DNA of 57,948 nucleotides, the filler included, from an uncultured Actinomycetes bacterium (GTDB lineage Bacteria; Actinomycetota; Acidimicrobiia; Spongiisociales; DATADW01): the NCBI GenBank assembly GCA_963824995.1. It is 4 parts of 4 records of this genome, joined end to end, with 100 filler letters (N's around TTAATTAATTAA, not from the genome) between each part and the next. Parts side by side here need not be neighbours in the genome. Positions count along the whole stretch, not along the records: positions 1 to 13,093 come from CAWGRK010000001.1; 3 more parts are not named here. The stretch is one strand, 5' to 3'. Of the stretch, positions 1 through 10,800 are shown in pieces (within the stretch, counting starts at the first letter, position 1; every line of letters starts with the position of its first letter). Made by a program: the position numbers and the translations under genes. The notes below the pieces were generated by a model. That model did not search any database and had not been told where the DNA came from. It saw nothing but the letters and a program-made list of their open reading frames with translations.

Positions 1-45
1 TCGACCAATTGGTAAGGGCGAACCGGCTTGGCAGGAGGGGTGAGG

Positions 46-1218
46 ATGATGCGAAAGACGACGTGGCCGATCTCGTGCTTGGTGGTGTTGCTGTTTGTCG
101 CTGCCTGCGGTGGAGGAACCGGTGACGGGGCAGAGACCACCGCCGGTGATGGGGCCGCCACCACCGCCGCCGGGGGTACAGCTACCACGGCCGCAGCAGC
201 CGGTGAGCTCACCCCGGTCACGCTCCAGCTGCAATGGGTGACCCAGGCGCAGTTCGCCGGCTACTTCGCCGCGGTCGATCAGGGCTTCTACGAAGCGGAA
301 GGGCTCGAGGTCGAGATCGCCGAGGGGGCGGTGGACATCGTGCCCCAACAGGTCGTGGCCTCGGGCGAGGCGGAGTTCGGGCTGGCGTGGGTGCCCAAGG
401 CTCTGGTGTCCAACGAGGAGGAGGCCGACCTGGTCAACATCGCCCAGGTCTTCCAGCGCAGCGGCACGCTCGAGGTGTCGTGGGCGGACTCCGGGATCAC
501 CACGCCGGCGGACTGGGACGGAAAGCGGGTCGGCACCTGGGGATTCGGGAACGAGTTCGAGCTCACCGCCGCCCTCGAGAAGTTCGACGTGAACGTGGAC
601 GGCGAGTTGGTGCAGCAGCCCTTCGACATGTCGCTGCTGCTCAACGACGAGCTCGACGCCGCACAGGCGATGACCTACAACGAGTACGCCCAGGTGCTGG
701 AGACGGAGAACCCCGAGACCGGCGAGCTGTACACGCCCGAGGATCTCTCGGTCATCGACTTCAACAACCCCGACGTGGGGACCGCCATGCTCCAGGACGC
801 GGTCTGGGTGCAACGGTCGTGGCTCGACGATCCGGCCAACCAGGACATCGCGGCGCGATTCCTGCGCGCTTCCTTCCGGGGATGGGTCTACTGCCGGGAC
901 AACTTCCAGCCGTGCGTCGACATCGTGCTCGCCGCCGGACCCGCCCTCGGCGCCTCGCACCAGTCGTGGCAGCTCAACGAGATCAACAAGCTGATCTGGC
1001 CGTCGCCGGACGGCATCGGCGTGATGGATCAGGCCCTGTGGGACCAGACCGTCGAGGTGGCGACCTCGCAGTCGGTGATCCAAGAGCCGCCAGCCGAGGA
1101 CACCTTCCAGGTCGACCTCGCCGAAGCGGCGGTGGCCGCCCTCGAAGAGGAGGGACTCGACGTCCGTGGCGAGGGGTTCGAGCCCACCGAAGTGGAACTG
1201 GCCCCAGGCGGCGAATAG
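46..1218 (+). CDS. ABC transporter substrate-binding lipoprotein, NMT1/THI5-like
   Basis: Lipobox VAAC, Thr/Ala linker, LQLQWVTQAQFAGYFAAVDQGFY motif typical of THI5-like binding proteins. Confidence 0.85.
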   Translation: MMRKTTWPISCLVVLLFVAACGGGTGDGAETTAGDGAATTAAGGTATTAAAAGELTPVTLQLQWVTQAQFAGYFAAVDQGFYEAEGLEVEIAEGAVDIVPQQVVASGEAEFGLAWVPKALVSNEEEADLVNIAQVFQRSGTLEVSWADSGITTPADWDGKRVGTWGFGNEFELTAALEKFDVNVDGELVQQPFDMSLLLNDELDAAQAMTYNEYAQVLETENPETGELYTPEDLSVIDFNNPDVGTAMLQDAVWVQRSWLDDPANQDIAARFLRASFRGWVYCRDNFQPCVDIVLAAGPALGASHQSWQLNEINKLIWPSPDGIGVMDQALWDQTVEVATSQSVIQEPPAEDTFQVDLAEAAVAALEEEGLDVRGEGFEPTEVELAPGGE

Positions 1219-1245
1219 CCGGGATCGGGCGTTCAGGCACACGGG

Positions 1246-2878
1246 CTAGTGCCCGGCGAAGGCCTCCTCCAGCCACCAGGAGGCCTCGCTGGTCACCTTG
1301 GCGTCGATCAACAGGGGTTTGTCTCGGGGCCCATTCACCCACCGCCCCACCGGATCGAGGTCGGTGACGTCGCGAACGGTCAACGCCTCGAAGCCGAACC
1401 CCCGGGCGATCGAGGCGATGTCGGTCGGGGGGAACTTGACGATGTCGAGATCGTGGCCGTGGGGACCGAAGTGGTGGACCTCGGCGCCGTACGCCTCGTC
1501 GTTGTAGACCACCACCACCATGGGGAGTCCGAGGCGGACCACCGTCTCCAACTCCGCCGCCGCCATCAACCCGCCGCCGTCACCCAGCGCCGCCACCGGG
1601 AGCCGGTCGGGCCGGGCGAGGGCTGCGCCGATGGCCGTCGCCAGCCCGAGCCCGATCGACTGGAACGCCTGGGTGAAACAGAACCCCCACTCGTCGGGCA
1701 CCGAGAGGTACATGCTGGGGTATCCCATGAAGTTGCCCGAGTCGACGCTCACGATCCGCTCGGCGGGGAGCAGGTCGTCGAGAGCGATGGTCAGGGTGCG
1801 AGGGTCGATCCGCTCCCCGGTGCCGTTGTCCTCGTAGGGGACGTCCCGCCAACGGATCGACTGGCCGATCCGCCGCTTGAGCTGCTCCGACCTGTACCCG
1901 GGCGACCCATCGACCCTGCTCAGCGCGGCCTCTGCGGTGAGCCTCACGTCTCCCACCACCCCCTTGGCCCCCTCCCGATGCGCCCCGATGGCGTCAGGAT
2001 CGTCATCCACCTGGATCACGGTCGCTCCGTCGCCGATGAGCCGTCCGTGGCTCATGGTCCACATGTTGAGGGCGCAGCCCCACCCGACGATCAGGTCGGC
2101 GCCCCTGATCAGCTCGGCGGCCAGCGGCGAGGAGAACCCGCCCGACACGTCGAGCGACCAGTCGCTCCCGTTGAACAGCCCCTTGGCCACCGCCGAGGTC
2201 GCCAGCAGCGCACCGGTGGCGTCGGCCAGGGCTTCCAGAGCCCGGCGGCATCCCGGCCCCCGGGCTCCCCGCCCCGCCACGAACACCGGGCGCCGGGCCT
2301 GGTCGAGCGCCTCGACCAGCATCGACAGACCATCGGCATCCGGGACTCGGGGAGCAGCGACGACCACCGCGGTCGCCACTGTCGGCCAAATCGCCGACGT
2401 CGTGAGCCTGGATGTCGAGCGGCAGGTTGAGGAGGACGGTCCGCCGCTCGCCTCTCGCCAGGCCGACCGCCGCCGCGGCGTCGGAGACCGCGGTGGCCGC
2501 CGAGCCGATCCTCATCGGCACCGCGCCAACCGACCTGGCCAGCATCTCCTGGTCCACATAGAAGTTGGACCTCGGCTGGGTGACCTCGGCGGCGACCACC
2601 ACCATCGGGGTCCGGCTCTTCGCCGCCTCGGTGATGCCGGTCATGGCGTTGGTGAGGCCACACCCCTGATGGACACTCAACGCCGCCACCTCACCGCTCA
2701 TCCGGCCGTAGGCGTCGGCCATGGTGGCGGCGCCACCCTCATGACGGGCGGCGACGAAGACGGCCCCGGCGTCGACCATGGCGTTGGTCACGTGGAAGTT
2801 GCCCGAGCCGACCACCCCGAAGACCTGCCGCACACCGCTCCCGACGAGGGTCCGGCCAACTGCCTCGGCGACCTTCAT
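1246..2878 (-). CDS. Thiamine pyrophosphate-dependent enzyme (acetolactate synthase/decarboxylase superfamily), apparent frameshift near 2380
   Basis: N-terminal VFGVVGSGN and ARHEGGAATMADAY in ORF 2003..3475; C-terminal GDGG...VYND TPP motif in ORF 1246..2379; ATG overlaps the cyclase stop (TGATG). Confidence 0.85.
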
Positions 2879-3648
2879 CAGGCGGCGACGAGAGCGAGCA
2901 CCCGCACCGGCGACCCCGACCCGGTGACGATCTTCAACGGAGCGGCGATCACCACCGCACCCGTGGGCGGTAGCCGGTCCAGGTTCTGCAGCTGGGCCAG
3001 CCCGTATTTGCCGGCCCCGAGGAAGAAGGCATGGCAGGGAAACGGCGGGTCGAAGGAGTGGGCGGCGCCGGCATCGGTGCCGATCGTCTCCACCCCGATC
3101 CCCTGCAGCGGCGACTCCTCGGCCAGCCAACGGGCGCACTCCACCGACATGCCCGGGCTGGTCGGCCCGGTCTCGGTGTTGTTGACCATCTCCTCCTGGG
3201 TGGCGCGTGACGACCAGCCGGTGCGACAGAGCAGCCAACCGCCCTCCGGGAATGGGCCGTGCTCGGCCTGGAAGTCGTCGAGGTGCTGCTTCTCGATCAG
3301 GAAGTTGGGGTCCGCGGCGACCTGCTCGGCCACGTCGATCACCACCGCCGGGGCGACGAAGGCGGAGACGGGCACCGAGGCGACGTCCGGCTGGTCCTTC
3401 CCGGTCACCCAGTGGATCGGTGCGTCGAAGTGCGTCCCGGTGTGCTCGCCTGTGTGGAAGTTGTTCCAGTACCAAGCCGGGCCGCGGTCGTCGTACCTGC
3501 TGATCTCCTCCAGCTCGAACCGGGCCGTCTGACCAAACTCGGGCGGCAGCTCGAGAAGCGGCGTGTCGCTCGACAGTGGCGCCGTCAGGTCGACCACCTG
3601 CACGGATCCCGATGACAGGGCCGCGGTCAGATCGGCAAGGACGGTCAT
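2878..3648 (-). CDS. Cyclase-family metal-dependent amidohydrolase (isatin hydrolase/kynurenine formamidase-like)
   Basis: EHTGTHFDAPIHW (HxGTHxDxP) motif, GSGSPVR at the C-terminus, GGAG RBS upstream. Confidence 0.9.
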   Translation of the reverse strand: MTVLADLTAALSSGSVQVVDLTAPLSSDTPLLELPPEFGQTARFELEEISRYDDRGPAWYWNNFHTGEHTGTHFDAPIHWVTGKDQPDVASVPVSAFVAPAVVIDVAEQVAADPNFLIEKQHLDDFQAEHGPFPEGGWLLCRTGWSSRATQEEMVNNTETGPTSPGMSVECARWLAEESPLQGIGVETIGTDAGAAHSFDPPFPCHAFFLGAGKYGLAQLQNLDRLPPTGAVVIAAPLKIVTGSGSPVRVLALVAA

Positions 3649-3683
3649 GCTCTCTCCTTGGTGACTACGCGTACCATCGTGCC

Positions 3684-4208
3684 ATGCCCGCACCCACCAC
3701 CCCAGAGGAGTACCTCGAATCGGTCCCGCCGGGGCGGCGGGAGATCGTGGAGGCGGTCCGGGACGTCATCAACGAGAACCTCCCCGAGGGCTACGAGGAG
3801 GGGATCCAGTACGGGATAGTCGGCTGGTACATCCCGCTGGAGCGGTTCCCCGACACCTACAACAAGCAGCCGCTCGGGCTGGCCGGGATCGCCAACCGCA
3901 AGCAGTACGTGACCCTCTACCTGAACTCGGTCTACGGCAACCGGGAGATCGAGGAGTGGTTCAAGAAGCGCTGGGCGGAGGCGGGCAAGAAGCTCAACAT
4001 GGGCAAGTCGTGCGTCTACCTCAAGAAGCTCGACGACGTCCCCCTCGATGTGGTCGGCGACCTCATCGCCAAGGCGCCCCTCGACCAGTACATCGCCTAC
4101 TACGAGGAGGCCAGAGGATCGGCGCGCCAGACCAGAGGGCAAGGGGTAGTCACTCCACGACCTGCCTTCCGTCGGCGTCGAGTCCGAGCCGGTAGAGCGC
4201 TCGGTTGA
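3684..4208 (+). CDS. DUF1801 (YdhG-like) protein
   Basis: TPEEYLESVP...LPEGYEEGIQYG...QPL...KQYVTLYL...MGKSCV pattern; C-terminal tail may be extended by an error. Confidence 0.75.
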   Translation: MPAPTTPEEYLESVPPGRREIVEAVRDVINENLPEGYEEGIQYGIVGWYIPLERFPDTYNKQPLGLAGIANRKQYVTLYLNSVYGNREIEEWFKKRWAEAGKKLNMGKSCVYLKKLDDVPLDVVGDLIAKAPLDQYIAYYEEARGSARQTRGQGVVTPRPAFRRRRVRAGRALG

Positions 4209-4237
4209 TTGCGTCGATCAGCGCTCGACACTCGAGG

Positions 4238-4346
4238 ATGCTGCGCCTACGCGAGCGAGTTGCGATGGCGTGGGACGAGTACGCGACGCTCTCACCCGAC
4301 GCCGTAAGGGGCGAGTACATCGATGGCGAACTGGTGGTGGGAGCCC
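4238..4346 (+). pseudogene. Truncated copy of the Uma2 gene 5' end
   Basis: Encodes RVAMAWDEYATLSPDAVRGEYIDGELVV, near-identical to RVAMSWDEYQTLSPDAVRGEYIDGELVM at 6526-6609, then diverges. Confidence 0.75.
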
Positions 4347-4468
4347 GAGCTCGGGCTCAACCGGCCGGGACAAGGAAGCGATCGCTCTCGGAGCCTTGAC
4401 ACTGCCCTCATCGAGAGTCAGCCTTGGAAACACGAAGCCAGGGTCAGAAACGCCAGGGGGAGGGTTCG

Positions 4469-5041
4469 ATGTGGCGAGCAGGCGATGAGCTCGAGAATCC
4501 CGTGACGGGCGAGCGATCGGTCGTCCGCCGTGGGAGCGAGGACACCGGTGGGGAGTACATGCTCGCCGACATGTTCGCGCGTCCCGGGGCCCGGGTGGCC
4601 CTGCCGCACGTGCACCCCGGCGTGACCGAGACATTCGAGGTGCTCGAGGGACGGCTCGGCGTCATCGTGGGCGACCGTCGCCTGACGGCCGAACGCGGCG
4701 AGAAGGTCATCGTGCCCACGGGCACCGTGCACGATTGGTGGAACGACGGAGACAGCGAGGCTCACGTGCTGGTGGAGGTCCGGGGCCCGGGCGTCGCTCG
4801 CGGCGAGATGGCGATCGAGACCATGTGGGGACTGGCACGCGACGGGAAGACGAATGAGAAGGGAGCCCCCAGCTTCCTCCAGTTTGCAGTCATCGCCCAC
4901 GAGTTCAGCGACGTCTTCCGGCCCGCCAAGCCGCCCCCGATCGTGCAGAACGTCGTGGTCGGCATCCTGGCACCGATTGGGCGCGCCCTCGGCTACAGGC
5001 CGACCTACGAGAAGTACAGCATCAGGCCCGCCCCCGACTGA
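4469..5041 (+). CDS. Cupin domain protein
   Basis: ENPVTGER start, PHVHPGVTETFEVLEG and IVPTGTVHDWWN cupin motifs. Confidence 0.85.
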   Translation: MWRAGDELENPVTGERSVVRRGSEDTGGEYMLADMFARPGARVALPHVHPGVTETFEVLEGRLGVIVGDRRLTAERGEKVIVPTGTVHDWWNDGDSEAHVLVEVRGPGVARGEMAIETMWGLARDGKTNEKGAPSFLQFAVIAHEFSDVFRPAKPPPIVQNVVVGILAPIGRALGYRPTYEKYSIRPAPD

Positions 5042-5193
5042 CACGCTCGCTCAGCTTCGTATGGTCTTCGAGGTGCGGCTCGCCGTGTGCCGGATGCAGC
5101 TACGGCCCGCGGATTGCGAAGTAACCCTTGGCCCCTTCTATCGCGGAGTCGACCGGGCCCAGCTTGCTCTTCGTGTTGCGCGAAACGGTTCGT

Positions 5194-5412
5194 CTAATCG
5201 CCAAAGGACTGATTCACAGTTCGAAACTGCCCGAGGAGCCGTTGCGCTTTGGAGTACTCAAGGCCGATTCGAGCATGGAACTCCCACTCCTCGATCGCAT
5301 CTGGTCCATGACATACCTCGTTGAGCGCGTTTGCCAGTGCCGCCACCTCTGCAGCAGCCAGCCGCACCGTGATCTCTTCCACATCGGTCGTGATGATCTC
5401 CATGTGCCTCAT
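5194..5412 (-). CDS. Putative immunity protein of the upstream toxin
   Basis: Small acidic protein (LANALNEVCHG...EWEFHARIG); ATG overlaps the toxin stop (ATGA at 5412-5409). Confidence 0.6.
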   Translation of the reverse strand: MRHMEIITTDVEEITVRLAAAEVAALANALNEVCHGPDAIEEWEFHARIGLEYSKAQRLLGQFRTVNQSFGD

Positions 5413-6343
5413 CTCAGTTCTGTGAAGAATGGACGACCGCGACACGGGACGAAAGCCGTTCCGCCATCGACTCTCATCGGGTCACGAATGACCACCGTCC
5501 CCGTCCGGCCATCCCAGAATGCGGTTCGGCCTCCAGTCAAGCCTCGACTCTCTCCAACCTCCATGACCCGTTCGACGTGTCGGGCAAACTCCTCTTGAGA
5601 CTTGATCCAAGGGAACTCGTCGCGCTCCGCCACGTGCTTCCGATAGGCGTGTCCTGATCCGATCTCTTGCGCGGCAAGGCTGCGGCCGAGCCGCACCGCG
5701 TCAGTGGAGGATTGCGCCCGAGTCAGATCCGTTCCGGCTTCGACTACTTCGTCGGCGTAACGGGCGAGGTGTGCCAAACGGGCGAGGCGGCCCCACGGAA
5801 CTAGTCCCGGCCATGAACCAGCCGCAGGCGCTGAAGGAACCCTGCAGGCAGCGTTTGGCGTCGGCGACGCCGGACACCTCGGCGAGGAGGCTCCCCACCG
5901 GGGCAAGGACGGTGGTCAGCTCGGGGCGGTGGTCGGGCCACTCCAAGTCGCGTTGAGCCGCCGCTTGGCGGGCGTGCTGACCGAAGCTGCGCCACGGTTG
6001 CCACAAGGTGGACACATCGGAGAGTTCCCAGCCGGAGGCGGAACCGTTGCCACCGACATCGCCGACGACGGCGCGGGGAACGGCCAAGCCGTCGACCATC
6101 GCACCGGAGTCGGCGAATGGGTCGTGACCCTCGGCCCACTCGATCCGGTCACGAAGCATCCGAGCCCACCACTCCGCCTCGTCGGCGGTGCCAAGCAGAA
6201 GGTCGACCGCTCCAGTGGGTCGGTCAGCGAGCGCCAGCGCAGCGGTCACTGCATCGGTGGCGGGCGGCCAGGTTTTCACTGAGCCGCTCGAGGTTGGTGA
6301 CCATCCCCTCCAGAGCCACCGGATCGAGTAGCCGTGATGCCAC
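5409..6343 (-). CDS. Putative polymorphic toxin (helical N-terminus, pre-toxin segment, C-terminal HxxxKH RNase-like domain); apparent frameshifts near 6264 and 5805
   Basis: Stitched protein MASRLLDPVALEGMVTNLERLSENL...GVADAKRCLQGSFSACGWFMAGLVPWGRL...GHAYRKHVAERDEF...GRTAFWD...GTVVIRDP...DGGTAFVP. Confidence 0.65.
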
Positions 6344-6485
6344 GGTGTCAAACGTAACACAACGCTATATAGCGTGAAAGTGCCAGGTTCGTGGCTCGGT
6401 GCGACACGGTTTGTCACACCGAGCCGATACGTTCAGTCGCGGGCGGTTGGTCGGGAGGAGGAGGGAGTACCGTGAGTGCCCGAAT

Positions 6486-7042
6486 CATGGAAACCCGGAT
6501 CCTGGAGTCGCTACGCGCCGGCGACCGGGTGGCGATGTCCTGGGACGAGTACCAGACGCTCTCACCCGACGCCGTACGGGGCGAGTACATCGACGGCGAA
6601 CTGGTGATGAGCCCCTTCCCCACCGGTCTCCACCAGGACGTGTGCCGAACGGCTGGCCAATCTCATCGAGGCGGCCCTGCCCGCCGGAGTGCGGGTGCGT
6701 GAGTCGTGGGGGTGGAAACCGATGGCCGACGAGTTCGGCCCCGACCTCATGGTCTTCGACGACACCGAAGAGAACGTGCGATACACCGGTGTTCCCCATC
6801 TCGTGGTCGAGGTGCTCTCCACCGACCCCTGGCGAGACGTGGTCCGCAAGCTCCGCAAATACGCCGAGGTGGGTTTGTCCCGCTATTGGATCATCGACCC
6901 CGAGCAGCCCGAGCTGGTGGTGTACGAACGAACGGCATCTGGGGAACTGGGGGAGACAGGGCGGTTCGGGGAGGAAGACCACCCGGAACTCGACATCGGG
7001 CCTGCGACACTGACCCTGCGAGTCGGCGACCTGGCTCGATAG
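6486..7042 (+). CDS. Uma2-family PD-(D/E)XK endonuclease, apparent frameshift near 6650
   Basis: EYIDGELVMSPFPTGLHQ, PDLMVF, PHLVVEVLS, KLRKYAEVGLSRYWIIDP motifs. Confidence 0.85.
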
Positions 7043-7052
7043 GTCCCGACTG

Positions 7053-7731
7053 TTATCCCAACCGGTACTCGACACTCGTGCCGCGCTTGCCGACCACGAC
7101 CAGCACCCCAATCCTCCGCAGGCAGTACGCCATCTGCTGGGCGGCGCGCCGGGGGCTGCCCAGCCTCTCGGCCAGATCGGCGGTCGTGAACGTCTCCGGC
7201 AGAGCCTTCGGGCAAGAGTCCGGCCAGGTCATCGACATTCTCGAGGAGTAACGAGCTCACCACCTCGACAAGCCGGCACTCGACGACGACCCATCCCTTG
7301 CGGCGCCATGCCCGGCCGGGCATGTGCTCCCGGAGCTCCTCCTCGATCGTCAGCAGAACTTCGACTTCGAAGCGGGGATGAACCACGAGGTCGGGGAGGC
7401 TCGCCAGGTCTGAGAAGATATCCGTCGGCTTGCCGTGCCTGGGAGAACGGCGTCGACTCAACACGGTGCCGTGGGGGTCGATCTTGACGATCCACTTGTC
7501 GATGGGGATCGGGCGTACGACTCGGACTCGATGCCCGAGCTCGAGAAGCGATGTGACCTTCCGCTTCAGCGAAGAGAAGCCGCTTGTCTGGATCTCGACC
7601 AAGAGATTCCCTCGAACCAGATCGATGACAAAACCATCAACTGGAACCTCGGCTCGATCGTCGGGGAGGGCATAGAACCGTTTCAAGGAGGCGTGGAGTG
7701 GCTTCTCCCTGAGGGTCCCAATGTGTGGCAC
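7053..7731 (-). CDS. Conserved hypothetical protein, PD-(D/E)XK nuclease-like with C-terminal HTH-like segment; apparent frameshift near 7215
   Basis: IGTLREKPLHASLK...E..VDGFVIDL...VEIQT; C-terminus FTTADLAERLG...AQQMAYCL. Confidence 0.65.
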
Positions 7732-7839
7732 GGCCGACGGCACTTTTGGATCGTAGGAAGCCAGCGATCGCCATCTGTCGATTCCAGTCACGCCCTGCCC
7801 TGGCGCGGGCACGTGGGGTTCCCCAGCCGATGCGGGCAA

Positions 7840-10800
7840 CTACCCCTTGATGGCGGCGTCGACCAGGGCGGCCTGTTCGGCTTGGTGCTGGGCGGCGTTG
7901 CCGGTGGCGGGGCTGGCGCTCTCGGGTCGGCCGGCGTAGAAGGGCTCTCGCCCGGTCAAAGCGGCGAGGCGGTGGCGGAGGAAGCTCCAGGCGCCCATGT
8001 TGGCCGGCTCCTCCTGCGCCCACACCAGATCGGTGTCACCGGGGAACATCCCCAGCGTCTCGTTGAGCTCCTTCTCGGGGAACGGGTAGAGCTGCTCCAT
8101 CCGGATCAGCGCCACCCCCTCTTCCTGCAACTCGCGGCGGCGCCGCTCCAGGTCGTAGTAGACCTTCCCGCTGCACAGCACGAGACGACGCACCCCCGGT
8201 GTCTCGGCGGCATGGGGGTCGCCCAGCACCTTGCGGAACCCTCCCCCGGTCAACTCTTCGCACCGTGCTGAAGGTCTCCTTGGTCCGCAAGCAGCGACTT
8301 GGGGGTGAACATCACCATCGGGCGGCGCAGCGTCCCCGACACCTGGCGGCGCAGGGTGTGGAAATACGAGCCCGAGGTGGAGGGAATCACGATCCGCAGG
8401 TTGTTCCCGGCGCACATCTGCAGGTAGCGCTCGATCCGGCCGCTGGAGTGCTCCGGTCCCTGCCCCTCGTACCCGTGCGGGAGGAGCATCACCAGGGCGC
8501 TGCGCTGCCCCCACTTGTCGCCACCGGCGGAGATGAACTGGTCGATCACCACCTGGGCGCCGTTGCCGAAGTCGCCGAACTGCGCCTCCCACATCACCAG
8601 GGCGTCGGGCACCTCCACCGAGTAGCCGTACTCGAACCCGACGGCAGCGAACTCTGACAGCAGCGAGTCGACGATCCGCACCCGGGGGAACTCGCCGGGC
8701 TTGCTCTGCAGCGGGACCCAGTCGACCCCGGTCTGGTAGTCGGTGATGGCGGCATGGCGGTGACTGAAGGTCCCCCGCTGCGAGTCCTCTCCGGTGAGCC
8801 GCACCCAGTGGCCCTCGGCGGACAGCGAACCGATGGCGAACGCCTCGGCCATCGCCCAGTCGATCGTCCCCGACTCGACCATCTTGCGCCGCTCGTCGAG
8901 CAGCTTGGTCAGCTTGGGGTGGACGGTGAAACCCTCCGGCGGGGTGGAGACCCGCTCGGCGATCTCGCTGGAGTTGCTCGACCGATACCGGAGTGGGCAC
9001 CACCTCGCTGGCGAGGGCTCTTGGACCGGCTCGAAGGCGGCGGGGACCATGTCCTTGGTCTCGGCGAACGCCTCCTCGAGGAGCCCGCGGTACTCCTCGA
9101 GCAGCGCCTCCCCCTCCTCGACCGACAGCTCCCTGGTGTTGACCAGCCGCTCCATGTAGAGCTTGCGCACCGAGCGCCGCTGCTCGATCAGCCGGTACAT
9201 CACCGGCTGGGTGTACGACGGCTCGTCGCCCTCGTTGTGCCCCCGCCGCCGGTAGCAGACCATGTCGATCACCACGTCGCGGTTGAACGCCTGGCGGTAG
9301 TCGAAGGCGAACTGGGCGACCCGCACCACTGCCTCGGGGTCGTCGCCGTTGACGTGGAGGATCGGGGCCTGCACCGTCTTGGCCACGTCGGTGGCGTAGT
9401 GGCTGGAGCGGGCGTCGCCCACCGAGGTGGTGAACCCCACCTGGTTGTTGACCACGATGTGCACCGTCCCCCCGGTGCGGTACCCGGGGAGCTGGGAGAG
9501 GTTGAGCGTCTCCACCACCACTCCCTGGCCGGCGAAGGCGGCGTCACCGTGGATCAGGATCGGGAGGACCTCGTCGTGCCCGTTGGGACCGCGCAGCTCC
9601 TGCTTGGCCCTGACCTGGCCCTCGAGCACCGGGTCCACCGCCTCGAGGTGGCTCGGGTTGGCCACCACCTGCACCGAGAGCTCGCGCCCCTCGGGGTCGG
9701 TGTGGGTTCCCTTGGCGCCGAGGTGGTACTTGACGTCGCCCGAGCCCTGGATGGTCTCGGGGCTCAACCCCTCGAACTCGCCGAAGATCCGGCTGTAGCT
9801 CTTCCCGATGGTGTTGGCGAGGACGTTGAGCCGCCCGCGGTGGGCCATCCCGATGACGACCTCCTCCATCCCATCGGCGGCGGCGGCGTTGAGCACCGTG
9901 TCGAGCAGCGGGATGAGGCTCTCCGCACCCTCCAGCCCGAACCGCTTGTGCCCGACGAACTTGGTGTGGAGGAACCGCTCGAAGGCCTCGGCCTGGTTGA
10001 GCTTGCGCAGCGTCCGGAGCCGCTCCTCCCGGGGCAGCTCCGACCGGGGCGCCTCCACCCGATCCTGGATCCACGCCTTCTGCGCCGGCTCCTGGATGTG
10101 CATGTACTCGATCCCGGCGGTGCGGCAGTAGGCGTCGCGCAGGTGGGAGAGGGCGTCGCCCAGCTTCATCACCTCGTGCCCGCCGAGGCCACCGGTGGCG
10201 AACTCGCGATCGAGGTCCCAGATGGTGAGCCCGTAGGTGAGCGGGTCGAGCTCGGCGTGGAGTTGGGGCGGCTTCTGGCGGAGCGGGTCGAGGTCGGCGA
10301 TGAGGTGGCCCCGTACCCGGTACATGTTGATGATCTGGAAGACCCGACCCTGCTTCTCCGCCCAGTCCGGGCTCCCGATCGCCGGGTTGTCGTCGATCGC
10401 CCAGCGGGCCGGGGTGTAGGGGATCTTCATGGCGCTGAAGATCTCGTCGTAGAAGCCGGACTCCCCGAGCAGCAGCGCTTGCATCCGCCCGAGGAACTCC
10501 CCCGACAGCGCCCCCTGGATGACCCGGTGGTCGTAGGTGCTGGTGAGGGTGACCACCCGGCCGATCCCCTGCCGGGCGAGGAACTTCTCGTCGGCACCGA
10601 GGTACTCCGGCGGGTAGGTGATGGCGCCCACGCCGACGATCACCCCCTGGTCGGGCATGAGACGGGGCACCGACTGCGCCGTCCCGATCATCCCCGGGTT
10701 GGTGAGGGTGGCGGTGGTCCCGGCGAAGTCGTCGGGGGTGAGCCGGTTCTGCCGCACCCGATGGATCAGCTCCTCGTAGGCGAGCCAGAACGCCCTGGAA

